A stretch of DNA of 64,000 nucleotides from Candidatus Cloacimonadota bacterium (GTDB taxonomy: Bacteria > Cloacimonadota > Cloacimonadia > Cloacimonadales > TCS61). Positions 10,070 to 21,171 of this stretch are shown here, piece by piece. The notes under the pieces were generated by a model. It ran no database searches and was not told the DNA's origin. It was given only the letters and a program-made list of their open reading frames with translations. Positions within the stretch are counted from its first letter, which is position 1; every line of letters starts with the position of its first letter. The stretch spans positions 11,293 through 75,292 of the forward strand of contig JAGGWK010000060.1 of NCBI GenBank assembly GCA_021157525.1. The letters run 5' to 3'. Both the position numbers and the translations under genes were made by a program.

Positions 10070-10769
10070 CAGGGTAAACCGCGATATATCCAGGAGATTT
10101 GCCTTCCCTTATCACCGTTTTTTCTATAGGAAAAGTAGTTGTCAGATTCCCACGTGCAGGTGGCATCATTCTGGATTCGATCTACACAAACACCGGCCTC
10201 AACTAATTGTGCGATAAGTACTTTTTTCATATCCAGCCAGGGATGCCGTTGCGTTTGGCCGGTATCTTTCACAAATTGCCAAAACAGTTCATCATTCACC
10301 GGATAGTGCTTGCTGCAGATCGCCGGCCCCAACAATGCATAAATTCTCTGACTCTCTGCACCCAGAATCCGCATATTTTTTACCGCTTCAGCAATGATGT
10401 TTTGCCTTGTGCCATCCCGGCCTGCATGGACAGCACCAATCACTTCTGCATGAGCATCATACAGTAGCACCGGCACACAATCTGCCGTCTTTATACAGAG
10501 GAGCACATTTCTCTGCTTTGTTACCAGACCATCCACATGGGGCACCACTATCATCTGCTGAGTAAGGTCGGATGGATTGATGATTTTCACCTCGTTTCCA
10601 TGCACCTGCTCACCCAACACAATATTGGTCACAGGAGTTTCGCGCACACTGTCCTGACAGCGGGAAAGTGCATCCAGACTGTATTTGTGGTCTCCGAAGT
10701 GGTAATACACCGCTTGATGTGAAGAGAGGGGCACCTGAGTGCCCCTCTCTAATATCTGATGAAATTTCA

Positions 10770-10770
<1 letters not shown>
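10066..10770 (-). CDS. pgeF: YfiH/PgeF family (DUF152) purine nucleoside phosphorylase / laccase-domain protein
   Basis: It carries the motifs QVHGNEV, KTADCVPVLL and VHAGRDGT. Confidence 0.8.
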
Positions 10771-12155
<1,385 letters not shown>

Positions 12156-12166
12156 AGATTCTCCTG

Positions 12167-13153
12167 TTATTGCATTTTATTCTTTTCAATCTCTCGCACA
12201 ATTTCCAGTGCGATTTTCAGCGCCCGTGTACCTGCACGGCCATCCACCACCGGATTCAAGCCAGCTTCCACCGCATGAACAAAGGATTCCAGCTCTGTGG
12301 TCAGAGCATCTTTGGTGCGGTGAGAAGCATCCACCTCCCGGGTATCAACCACCATTGAGGGATCAATATTGTCATATTTGCCCATCAGAATTTTGGGCAT
12401 CACCTTATAAAGCTGTTTTGATTTTGTAATATAGGTCGCCTTTTTGTTTTGAAAATCGATGGAGAAATAAGCATCTTTCTGGAAAATCCGTAGTTTGCGG
12501 GAACGCTTCATGGAGATGCGGCTGGCCGTAACATTACACACAGCGCCGTTTTCAAATTCGATACGAGCGTTGGCGATGTCGATGCTTTTGGTAAGCACAC
12601 CAGCACCGCTGGCACTAATGTGTTTTACCTTGCTGGGAATGAAGGCCAAAAAGAGGTCGATGTCATGAATCATGAGCTCCAGCACCACAGGAATATCGGT
12701 GCCCCGTGGCGTAAATGGCGCAATGCGGTGGCATTCGGCGAAGATGGGATCTTTGATATCCTTCTCGATTTCCATGATGGTGGGATTAAACCGCTCGATG
12801 TGCCCCACCTGAATTTTCAGCCCCTTTTCCTCTGCCAAATCACACAGCTCTTCCGCCTGCCACAGATGCTCGGTTATAGGTTTTTCAATAAACACATGCT
12901 TCCCCTGCTCCAGCGCTTGCCGGGCCAGATCATAGTGAGAAAGAGTAGTAACTACGATGGCTAACGCGTCAACCGCATCCAGTAATGACTGAAAATCCGG
13001 GAATATGCGCGCATCGATGCGTTCACCAATTTCGCGAGCACGCTTGGGATTTTTGTCGTACAATCCCATGAATTCACAAACCGAGCTGTTCCTTAAAATC
13101 CGCGCATGGTTCTGACCAAACTGTCCAACCCCTGCGATGCCTACCTTGAGCAT
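12167..13153 (-). CDS. Gfo/Idh/MocA family oxidoreductase
   Basis: It has a Rossmann motif ([12 protein letters not shown]) and the FIEKP motif. I moved the start to ATG 13153 (GGAGAG RBS); the longer listed ORF would run through the gpmI upstream region. Confidence 0.8.
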   Translation of the reverse strand: MLKVGIAGVGQFGQNHARILRNSSVCEFMGLYDKNPKRAREIGERIDARIFPDFQSLLDAVDALAIVVTTLSHYDLARQALEQGKHVFIEKPITEHLWQAEELCDLAEEKGLKIQVGHIERFNPTIMEIEKDIKDPIFAECHRIAPFTPRGTDIPVVLELMIHDIDLFLAFIPSKVKHISASGAGVLTKSIDIANARIEFENGAVCNVTASRISMKRSRKLRIFQKDAYFSIDFQNKKATYITKSKQLYKVMPKILMGKYDNIDPSMVVDTREVDASHRTKDALTTELESFVHAVEAGLNPVVDGRAGTRALKIALEIVREIEKNKMQ

Positions 13154-13256
13154 GTGCTCTCCTTCGTTTTTTATCGGTGATAAACATGATTTCGCCGATG
13201 TGCTGTCAAGAAAAGAAACCCCATACAGGGCGAGAGTTGATGGCAATAAACTTTGC

Positions 13257-13284
13257 TTGACAGCTGGATGGGCTAGATTGTTTG
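13257..13284 (+). promoter_or_regulatory. candidate promoter (TTGACA-N18-TTTG) for gpmI
   Basis: TTGACA lies at 13257-13262 and TTTG at 13281-13284, 29 nt upstream of the gpmI ATG. The same box pattern recurs upstream of four other operons. Confidence 0.3.
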
Positions 13285-13312
13285 CAAGAATGATAAAGAC
13301 AAGGATGGAAAC

Positions 13313-14860
13313 ATGAAAGATAAAGTACTTTTGCTTATTCTGGATGGATTTGGTAAAAACCCTTCGACCTATGGCAATGCCATCGCAGCGGCAGACACGC
13401 CGTTCCTGGATGCCTACTTTTCCCAAAAGCCTACGGCACAATTACTTCCATCAGGACTATCGGTGGGACTGCCGGAAGGTACCATGGGTAATTCTGAAGT
13501 CGGGCATCTCAATATCGGTGCCGGCCGCATCGTGTATCAACTGAATACCCTGATCAATAAAGCCATCGCCGACGGCAGCTTTGATACAAATCCGGCACTG
13601 CTGAAAGCGATAAACCATGCCAAAGAAGCCGGGAGCGCTCTCCACTTGATGGGGCTTCTCAGTAACGGCAATGTTCACAGCCACAATTCCCATCTACGGG
13701 CGTTGCTGCGTCTATGCAAGGATACCGGTTTGCAGCGGGTTTATCTCCACGCCTTTATGGATGGTCGTGATACTCTGCCCCATTCGGGCAAAGGTTTTAT
13801 GTCAGAATTTTTGGACATGGCGGCAAAAATCGGAGTGGGTCGCGTGGCCACCATCAGCGGACGCTACTACGCTATGGATCGGGATAATCGTTGGGAGCGG
13901 GTGGAACAGGCCTACCGCGCCATGGTAGATGGCACAGGGGTGGCAGCTACCGATCCGCTGGGTGCAATCCAGCAGAACTACGATGCCGACATCACTGATG
14001 AGTTTATCCAGCCGGCAGTAATGATGCAGGATGGCAGGCCGGTCGCCCGCATCCGCAAAGACGATGCTGTCATCTTCTTCAATTTCCGTGCAGACCGAGC
14101 CCGGGAGATCACCCGTGCGCTGGTTGCCCCGGGCTTTGATGCATTCCCCCGCACCGATCTCACGGGCATCCCCTATATCACCTTTAATGACTACGATATT
14201 CAATTCGCCGATTTCACCGATGTGGCCTTCCATTTGCCGGCACTTACGCACATCCTGGGTGAGGAAGTGAGTGCTGCCGGTATGCATCAACTGCGGCTGG
14301 CGGAGACCGAAAAATATGCTCACGTCACCTTCTTCTTCAACGGCGGCGTAGAAGCGCCATTCAAAAACGAAGACCGAATTCTGGTACCTTCGCCCAAAGT
14401 TGCAACCTATGATCTGCAACCACAGATGAGTGCACCGGCAGTTTGCGACACATTGATAGAAAAGCTCCAATCCGGCACTTATGAGATGATCATTACCAAC
14501 TTTGCCAATTGCGACATGGTGGGCCATACTGGCGTATTTGAAGCTGCTGTAAAAGCTGTGGAGACGGTGGATAATTGCATGAGCAAAGTGATTCCTGCCG
14601 CCCAGGCTGCCGGATATCACATCCTGCTTACTGCCGACCATGGGAATGCTGAAAAAATGCTGGACGAAGAGGGAAACATCTTTACTGCTCACTCCACCAA
14701 TCCAGTACCCATCGTGATAGACCTGCGCACAACAGGCGATTATACCATAAAAGACGGCATCCTGGCCGATATCGCCCCCACCATGCTTCACCTGCTGGGC
14801 ATCGGCATCCCGCCGGAAATGACCGGCTGCATCCTGGTACAACCAAAAGAAGAGGAATAA
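13313..14860 (+). CDS. gpmI: 2,3-bisphosphoglycerate-independent phosphoglycerate mutase
   Basis: The full-length 515 aa carries iPGM motifs LLILDGFG, GNSEVGHLN(I)GAGR and ADHGNAE. Confidence 0.93.
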   Translation: MKDKVLLLILDGFGKNPSTYGNAIAAADTPFLDAYFSQKPTAQLLPSGLSVGLPEGTMGNSEVGHLNIGAGRIVYQLNTLINKAIADGSFDTNPALLKAINHAKEAGSALHLMGLLSNGNVHSHNSHLRALLRLCKDTGLQRVYLHAFMDGRDTLPHSGKGFMSEFLDMAAKIGVGRVATISGRYYAMDRDNRWERVEQAYRAMVDGTGVAATDPLGAIQQNYDADITDEFIQPAVMMQDGRPVARIRKDDAVIFFNFRADRAREITRALVAPGFDAFPRTDLTGIPYITFNDYDIQFADFTDVAFHLPALTHILGEEVSAAGMHQLRLAETEKYAHVTFFFNGGVEAPFKNEDRILVPSPKVATYDLQPQMSAPAVCDTLIEKLQSGTYEMIITNFANCDMVGHTGVFEAAVKAVETVDNCMSKVIPAAQAAGYHILLTADHGNAEKMLDEEGNIFTAHSTNPVPIVIDLRTTGDYTIKDGILADIAPTMLHLLGIGIPPEMTGCILVQPKEEE

Positions 14861-14862
14861 CT

Positions 14863-15279
14863 ATGAAGGTATTTGCAGAACACGAAACGCCACGGCGCTA
14901 TCCCATCCCTGCCTGGGTGAAATTTGCCCTGATGATAGCAGTGATTATGGGATTTTCGATGAGAAGTTGCTACTTAAAAAATCAAAGTAAGAGCTTTGTG
15001 ATCTCCCACGTAACCATTCAGGAAAAAACCCGCGTAAGCGCCGATGTGGCCTTTACCATTACCAATCTAGCTAAGGTGAAATTGAAGAAATCCGTGATGA
15101 TACAGGTGTATGACATCAACGGTGATCTGCTGGCCAACAAGCTGTCTCAGGTAGAAGTTCCCGGCAGTTCGGAGCGCAGATTTCTCAAGGTGCTACAGAA
15201 GTTTGTGCGACCTATCAAGGACACCTCGGAAATCGAGCTGGCCACTGTGGATATCTACAACAGCAAATTGTTTCAGTAG
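14863..15279 (+). CDS. hypothetical membrane-anchored protein
   Basis: It has a GAGGAA RBS and one N-terminal TM (VKFALMIAVIMGF), and it starts 2 nt after the gpmI stop. I recognise no family. Confidence 0.55.
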   Translation: MKVFAEHETPRRYPIPAWVKFALMIAVIMGFSMRSCYLKNQSKSFVISHVTIQEKTRVSADVAFTITNLAKVKLKKSVMIQVYDINGDLLANKLSQVEVPGSSERRFLKVLQKFVRPIKDTSEIELATVDIYNSKLFQ

Positions 15280-15356
15280 AAGATTGAGACGGTATTGCAG
15301 GAGGGTTGGAATAGACGGTGTTTGACTTTGCCGACACAGTTATCTCCGATCATGAT

Positions 15357-15497
15357 TCAATTTGAGACAGCAGGGCATCTATATCGCTGCGGTTTCTTTT
15401 GATTGCATTTTTGCACCGGAAGCAGTAGGATCATTATTTTCAGGCGGGCAGGCTCAAGGATGATTTTATCGATCACAGGTTTGAAATTCCATCGGTA
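15357..15497 (-). pseudogene. possible decayed winged-helix (HTH_34-like) regulator remnant
   Basis: This start-less frame reads NFKPVIDKIILEPARLKIMILLL..., resembling the HEPxRLxIMxLL N-terminus of HTH_34 wHTH proteins. It then loses similarity and hits a stop; another frame continues with ...DIDALLSQIES. Confidence 0.2.
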
Positions 15498-15501
15498 TCA
15501 T

Positions 15502-15816
15502 TCACTTCATGAGTAGGATAATTCCAATGTTGATATCATCAACACCATCGCTGAACATTTCCCGCAAAACCTGTTTTTCCAATTTGTAAATGTTCCAGAG
15601 CATATTCTTCAGCAAGGGAGAACGTAATGCCGAGCCCAGGGGAAATTTGCCAATCCACTTGGTAATGCGATGCGAGCGGTTAATTGCCTCAATCTTGTCG
15701 TCGGCTACCGTAACTTGCATCCCTATCTCCACCCGATCACCGTCATACTGAAAGATGTTGATTATCAGCGTGAGTACAGCGCCGGTAATAGCCAGGATGC
15801 GTACAATTTTTTTCAT
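15502..15816 (-). CDS. hypothetical protein with an N-terminal TM/signal anchor
   Basis: It has a strong RBS (AAAGGAGGAGATAGA before the ATG) and a TM (ILAITGAVLTLIINIF). I recognise no family. Confidence 0.5.
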   Translation of the reverse strand: MKKIVRILAITGAVLTLIINIFQYDGDRVEIGMQVTVADDKIEAINRSHRITKWIGKFPLGSALRSPLLKNMLWNIYKLEKQVLREMFSDGVDDINIGIILLMK

Positions 15817-16422
15817 CTATCTCCTCCTTTGTGCATCATTCTTTTCCCGGATTCTGCAATGCAGGGAGTAACACTAAGGAGTAATACCATTATAGTAAGA
15901 GCAAGATAGAAAACGATGGAGCTGACTTGATGGACACACAAACTGCCTATGCAACACGACGCTGCAGATATCCTTGGAATTTATAACATTTATAATATCG
16001 ATGAGTTTAGAAACTTTGTCAACAAGAAAACATGAATAAGCTCTAATATTTTGTTATAAAGGAGATAATGGGTTCTGCATAATAGACACCTGAAGAGAAA
16101 GCGATCACTGGCACCCACACTCAATTCTCATTGCATCATAAAACCCGGGGATTTTGTGATATTTCTTCACCGGTTCCAATAACTTTAACCACCATTTCGA
16201 GTGAAGAATCCGCACTATTTTCAGTACAGATGAAAACAACGAACTGCCGCCATCCAGAATGAGTACCAAGAGTTTTAATCGGCAACGACATCCCGCAATT
16301 GAGACAAAATGTATGACCCTTGCAACATGCCATTTACGATCCGAGCTCCTGTTCTTTTCTCCCATTATCCTCCCTATATTCCCCTTTGAATGAATCTGAG
16401 GTTTCAAATTGAGAAATTGCTA

Positions 16423-16452
16423 TTGACACAGGAGACAATAACTAAAGTTTTG
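16423..16452 (+). promoter_or_regulatory. candidate promoter (TTGACA-N20-TTTG) for the small zinc-ribbon gene and ileS
   Basis: TTGACA lies at 16423-16428 and TTTG at 16449-16452, 21 nt upstream of ATG 16474. Confidence 0.3.
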
Positions 16453-16473
16453 GAGCAAATTTAGGAGTGTTGT

Positions 16474-16740
16474 ATGTTTAAATTAGATGAGATACATTTA
16501 GAGAAAGCCAGGGAGATGGCGGTTCGTAACAGAACAAAGAAAAAGTGCAAGCTGTGTTACGACCGCGGATATATTGGAGTTACTCCCGAGAACCTGCTGG
16601 TTCCGTGCCATAAATGCGTTGATCTCGACAAAGTTATGGAAGAGTGGAAGGCCTATGTTGCCGAGATTCCCGAACTGAGAGAATACTTTGCCGACCTCTT
16701 TGAAGAAGAAAAAGAGGATGAAAATACCGAACAGGAGTAA
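16474..16740 (+). CDS. small CxxC...CxxC zinc-ribbon protein with an acidic tail
   Basis: It has an AGGAG RBS and two Cys pairs (CKLC, CHKC) separated by 22 residues, with an acidic C-terminus. Its stop lies 2 nt before the ileS ATG. Confidence 0.6.
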   Translation: MFKLDEIHLEKAREMAVRNRTKKKCKLCYDRGYIGVTPENLLVPCHKCVDLDKVMEEWKAYVAEIPELREYFADLFEEEKEDENTEQE

Positions 16741-16742
16741 CT

Positions 16743-19700
16743 ATGTATAAACCGGTAAATTTAAAAGAAAATATCGCCAACCTTGAAAAACGGGTGCAAG
16801 AGTACTGGATGCAGCACGGCACTGCCGGCAAGAGCATCGAAAACCGTGAAGGCGCCCCCAGATACATCTTTTTCGAAGGCCCCCCCACGGCCAACGGAAA
16901 ACCTGGCATCCATCACGTGATGGCGCGCACCATCAAAGATACGGTGTGCCGCTACAAAACCATGAAAGGATTTCAAGTAAAACGCAAAGCAGGATGGGAT
17001 ACCCATGGCCTACCCGTGGAAATCGAAGTGGAAAAGCGCCTTGGCCTCCATGACAAACGGGAAGTAGAAGCCTACGGCCTGAAAGAATTTTGCGAAAAAT
17101 GCCGTGACTCGGTATTTTCCTATGAAAAAGAATGGCGGGAAATGACCCGGGAAATGGCCTATTGGGTCGACATGGACAATCCCTACATCACTCTGGAAAA
17201 TAACTACATTGAAACCGTGTGGTGGATTTTGAATAATTTTTACCAAAAGGGCATCATCTACAAAGGCCACAAAATCGTGCCTTACTGCCCCAAATGCGGC
17301 ACCCCCCTTTCCAGCCACGAAGTTGCTCAGGGCTATCACGATGTGGAAGACCCCTCCGTCTTTGTAAAATTTAAAGCAAAAGACGAAGAAAATCTCTACT
17401 ACCTGGCCTGGACAACCACTCCATGGACCCTTATCTCCAACGTCGCACTGGTAATGCATCCGGACGAAACCTATGTAAAAGTGCGCCACAATAACGAATT
17501 CCTCATCCTGGCAAAAGCGCGCTTGGAAGTGCTGGATGGCGATTATGAGATCGTGGAAGAATACATCGGCAAAGAGCTGGAACACAGAGAATATGAACAA
17601 ATGTTCCCCTTTGTGATCCCCGAAGAAAAAGCCTTTTTCATCGGCTGCGCAGACTACGTAACCATGGGCGATGGCACCGGCGTAGTTCACACCGCCCCCG
17701 CCTTCGGTCAGGATGACTACAATCTGGGAATGAAATACGGTCTGCCCTTTATTCAACCTGTTGACGGTGCCGGGTGTTTTACCGACGTCATCACTCCCTG
17801 GGCCGGACAATTTGTAAAAGATGCCGACAAAAGCATCATCCGCAACATGAAGGATCGCGGTGTACTGTACAAACGGACACAGATCAAGCACAGCTATCCC
17901 TTCTGCTGGCGCTGCGACAGCCCGCTGATCTACTACGCACGCTCCAGCTGGTACATCCGCACCAGCGACTACAAAAAGCAACTCATCGCCAACAACAAAA
18001 AGATAAATTGGACACCTCCGTTTGTGGGGGAAAAACGCTTCGGCGCCTGGCTGGAAAACAATGTGGACTGGGCCATCAGCCGTGACCGCTTTTGGGGAAC
18101 ACCCCTCAATATCTGGAAATGCGACGATTGTGACGAGCTGGAAAGCATCGGTTCCATCGCAGACCTCTGTGCCAAAGGCCGGATGCAAGACGGCAGCGCC
18201 GTCCCTGCAGATATCGAGCTGCACCGCCCCTCTGTGGATGATGTGCTCCTCACCTGCCCAAAATGCGGCGGCACAATGCACCGCACACCAGAAGTTATCG
18301 ACTGCTGGTTTGACAGCGGAGCCATGCCCTTTGCTCAATGGCATTATCCCTTTGAAAATAAAGAAAACTTCGAGACGGAGCTCTTTCCTGCCGATTTCAT
18401 CGCCGAAGGCATCGACCAAACCCGTGGATGGTTTTACTCCCTCCTTACCATTTCCACCATCCTCATGGGAAAATCATCCTACAAAAATGTGCTGGTGAAC
18501 GACCTGATCCTGGATAAAAATGGGATCAAAATGAGTAAGTCTAAAGGCAACTCGGTAAATCCCATGGCGCTGATGCAAAAATACGGCGCAGACGCCATCC
18601 GCTGGTACCTCCTGGCGGTGAGTCCACCATGGGTTCCTACTAAGTTTGACGAAAAAGGCGTGGTCGAAATCCTCAATAAATTCTTCGGCACCCTGAAAAA
18701 TGTCTATTCCTTCTATGTCACCTATGCCAATATCGATGGTTTTGATGCCATGCAGCACCGGCATACCGATGAGAAGGAAGAGGAAATCGACAGCTGGATC
18801 ATCTCACGCCTGAACTCGGTGATAAAAGAAGTCACCCAGAATAATGACAATTATGATCTCACCCGCTCGGTACGCGCCATCCAGAGCTTTATGATGGATG
18901 ACGTGAGCAACTGGTATGTACGCCGGTGCCGTCGTCGTTTCTGGGCAATGGAACTCACCGACGACAAGAAAGAAGCCTACCTCACTTTGCACCACATATT
19001 GGTGGCGGTGAGCAAACTGATGGCGCCCTACGCGCCCTACCTTGCCGAAGAGATATACACAAATCTCACCGGCAATGAAAGCGTGCATCTGGACGTCTAT
19101 CCTGTAGCCAATGAAGCGGTAATCCGCCCGACTCTGGAAAAGGAAATGCAAACAGTGATCGACTTGGTTTCTCTGGGACGGGCTGCCCGGAACAGCTGCC
19201 AGATCAAGGTACGCCAAACCCTGCAAACCCTTCATGTACCCGAAAGCGCCAGGCCCCTGATGGAACGCATGGAAAACCTGATAAAAGAAGAAATCAATGT
19301 GAAAGATATCCGCTACATCAGTGAAGAGAGCGGCTTTGTACAGTTTGACATCAAGCCGAACTTCAAGGTGATGGGGCCCAAATTTGGCAAAGAGATGAAG
19401 CGCATCGCCGCAGCACTGAAGCAGAAAAACGGCAACGAAATCATCACAACCCTGAATAACAGAGACAGCTATACCCTGAAAATGGACGGACAGGAATTTC
19501 TCCTCACCACCGAGGATATAGCGGTTTCCATCCAACAGAAAGAGGGCTTTGTCTTTGAATCCCACAAAGAGCTTTATGTGGCGTTGGACACCCAACTCAC
19601 CCCCGAACTCATCACCGAAGGCTACGCCCGGGAACTGGTAAATAAAATCCAATATACCCGAAAAGAACAGGGCTTCGAGATCATGGATCGCATCACTGTT

Positions 19701-19868
19701 CGCTACAGCGCAGATGATGAAATTGCCGCCGTCTTTGCCGCCTATGATGACTATATCCGGCAAGAAACCCTTACCGACAGTGTGGAACGCATCCGGGATG
19801 CAAGCAGCCTGCCCACCTGGGATATCAACGGCAAAACCGTATATTACGAGATTACGAAAAATAAATAA
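16743..19868 (+). CDS. ileS: isoleucyl-tRNA synthetase
   Basis: The 1041-aa protein has a HIGH-type motif (PTANGKPGIHH), KMSKS, a CP1 editing insertion and a Cys-rich zinc site (CPKCGGTMHR). Confidence 0.95.
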   Translation: MYKPVNLKENIANLEKRVQEYWMQHGTAGKSIENREGAPRYIFFEGPPTANGKPGIHHVMARTIKDTVCRYKTMKGFQVKRKAGWDTHGLPVEIEVEKRLGLHDKREVEAYGLKEFCEKCRDSVFSYEKEWREMTREMAYWVDMDNPYITLENNYIETVWWILNNFYQKGIIYKGHKIVPYCPKCGTPLSSHEVAQGYHDVEDPSVFVKFKAKDEENLYYLAWTTTPWTLISNVALVMHPDETYVKVRHNNEFLILAKARLEVLDGDYEIVEEYIGKELEHREYEQMFPFVIPEEKAFFIGCADYVTMGDGTGVVHTAPAFGQDDYNLGMKYGLPFIQPVDGAGCFTDVITPWAGQFVKDADKSIIRNMKDRGVLYKRTQIKHSYPFCWRCDSPLIYYARSSWYIRTSDYKKQLIANNKKINWTPPFVGEKRFGAWLENNVDWAISRDRFWGTPLNIWKCDDCDELESIGSIADLCAKGRMQDGSAVPADIELHRPSVDDVLLTCPKCGGTMHRTPEVIDCWFDSGAMPFAQWHYPFENKENFETELFPADFIAEGIDQTRGWFYSLLTISTILMGKSSYKNVLVNDLILDKNGIKMSKSKGNSVNPMALMQKYGADAIRWYLLAVSPPWVPTKFDEKGVVEILNKFFGTLKNVYSFYVTYANIDGFDAMQHRHTDEKEEEIDSWIISRLNSVIKEVTQNNDNYDLTRSVRAIQSFMMDDVSNWYVRRCRRRFWAMELTDDKKEAYLTLHHILVAVSKLMAPYAPYLAEEIYTNLTGNESVHLDVYPVANEAVIRPTLEKEMQTVIDLVSLGRAARNSCQIKVRQTLQTLHVPESARPLMERMENLIKEEINVKDIRYISEESGFVQFDIKPNFKVMGPKFGKEMKRIAAALKQKNGNEIITTLNNRDSYTLKMDGQEFLLTTEDIAVSIQQKEGFVFESHKELYVALDTQLTPELITEGYARELVNKIQYTRKEQGFEIMDRITVRYSADDEIAAVFAAYDDYIRQETLTDSVERIRDASSLPTWDINGKTVYYEITKNK

Positions 19869-19880
19869 TGAGGTAGAATT

Positions 19881-21122
19881 ATGGCCAAAATCAAGCCTTT
19901 TAAAGGAGTGCGTCCCGCCTTCGACAAAATCAAGGATGTGGCATCGCCACCCTACGATGTGCTGAATTCGGCAGAGGCGCGGGTAGCGGTGCAAGGCAAA
20001 CCCTACAGCTTTTTGCACGTGATTAAGCCCGAAGTTGATCTTCCCGAAGATATCGACCTGTACGACGAAAAAGTGTACCAAAAGGGTAAAGAAAACCTCT
20101 ATCGCATGATGCAGGAAGGCGTGCTCATCCAGGATGCAACTCCCTGCTACTACATCTACCGTTTAATCATGGGCGATGTTTGTGAAGTCGGTCTGGTGGC
20201 TGGCACATCGGTGGAAGATTATGAAAACGATGTTATCAAGAAACATGAGCATACCCGCGCTGACAAGGAAGCTGACCGCATCAAACACGTTGACACCCTC
20301 AATGCCAACACCGGTCCAGTGTTCCTTACCTACCCGGCTCGTGAAGACCTTGATGCACTTATGAATGAGCTGATGAAAGCCACTCCTGACTACGACTTTA
20401 CAGCAGATGACAATGTAAGACATACCTTCTGGAAAATCGAAGATGCCGACGTGATTAACAAGATCACCGACATCTTTACTAGAATTCCCAATCTGTATGT
20501 AGCAGATGGTCATCACCGTTCTGCATCCGGCACAAAAGTGGGACAACAGCGCAGAGCTGCTAATCCCAACCACACTGGTGACGAAGAATACAACTACTTC
20601 CTCTCGGTGATTTTTCCTCACGACCAGCTGTACATCATGGATTACAATCGCGTGGTGAAAGACCTCAATGACCTTTCCAATGGTGAATTCATAGCCAAAG
20701 TTGAAGAAAAATTCTCCGTGGAAAAAATTGGATATGAGCCCTACAAACCAGAAGCTCTGCACACCTTCGGTATGTATCTGGATGGCGCATGGTACAAGCT
20801 TACCGCTATCGACGGCACCTTCCCGGCCAATGACCCCGTGAAATCTCTGGATGTTTCCATCATGCAGGAAAACCTGCTCCATCCCATCCTGGCTATTGGT
20901 GATCCCCGTACAGACAAACGCATCGATTTCGTAGGCGGCATCCGCGGATTAGACGAGCTGTCACGTCGCGTAGATGCTGGCGAAGCAGTGGCGTTCTCGA
21001 TGTTTCCCACATCTATAGAACAGCTGATGGCCATAGCCGATGCCGGCAAAGTAATGCCGCCAAAATCTACCTGGTTCGAGCCGAAATTACGCTCCGGCGT
21101 GATCGTGCATCTGCTTGATTAG
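19881..21122 (+). CDS. DUF1015 family protein
   Basis: The N-terminus MAKIKPFKGVRP...SPPYDV and the ADGHHR motif are typical of DUF1015/COG4198. Confidence 0.8.
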   Translation: MAKIKPFKGVRPAFDKIKDVASPPYDVLNSAEARVAVQGKPYSFLHVIKPEVDLPEDIDLYDEKVYQKGKENLYRMMQEGVLIQDATPCYYIYRLIMGDVCEVGLVAGTSVEDYENDVIKKHEHTRADKEADRIKHVDTLNANTGPVFLTYPAREDLDALMNELMKATPDYDFTADDNVRHTFWKIEDADVINKITDIFTRIPNLYVADGHHRSASGTKVGQQRRAANPNHTGDEEYNYFLSVIFPHDQLYIMDYNRVVKDLNDLSNGEFIAKVEEKFSVEKIGYEPYKPEALHTFGMYLDGAWYKLTAIDGTFPANDPVKSLDVSIMQENLLHPILAIGDPRTDKRIDFVGGIRGLDELSRRVDAGEAVAFSMFPTSIEQLMAIADAGKVMPPKSTWFEPKLRSGVIVHLLD

Positions 21123-21171
21123 CTCAATAAATAATGGCATTCGGGGCGGTGCGTATCGCCCCGATTTTCAT

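Noticed and set aside
16105-16407. Two overlapping minus-strand ORFs of 100 aa and 65 aa. The latter contains CCKGHTFCLNCG, which could be a zinc-knuckle or MqsA-like antitoxin.
   Set aside because: Neither frame is convincing on its own: the RBS belongs to one frame and the protein-like sequence to the other. I recognise no family. I report the pair only as part of the degraded 15.3-16.5 kb gap, not as a gene.
16408-16473. T-box or other leader RNAs upstream of the aminoacyl-tRNA synthetase genes ileS, trpS (22453-22497) and asnS.
   Set aside because: The upstream spaces are 45-70 nt or are occupied by coding sequence. That is far too short for T-box leaders, and no specifier or T-box consensus was seen.
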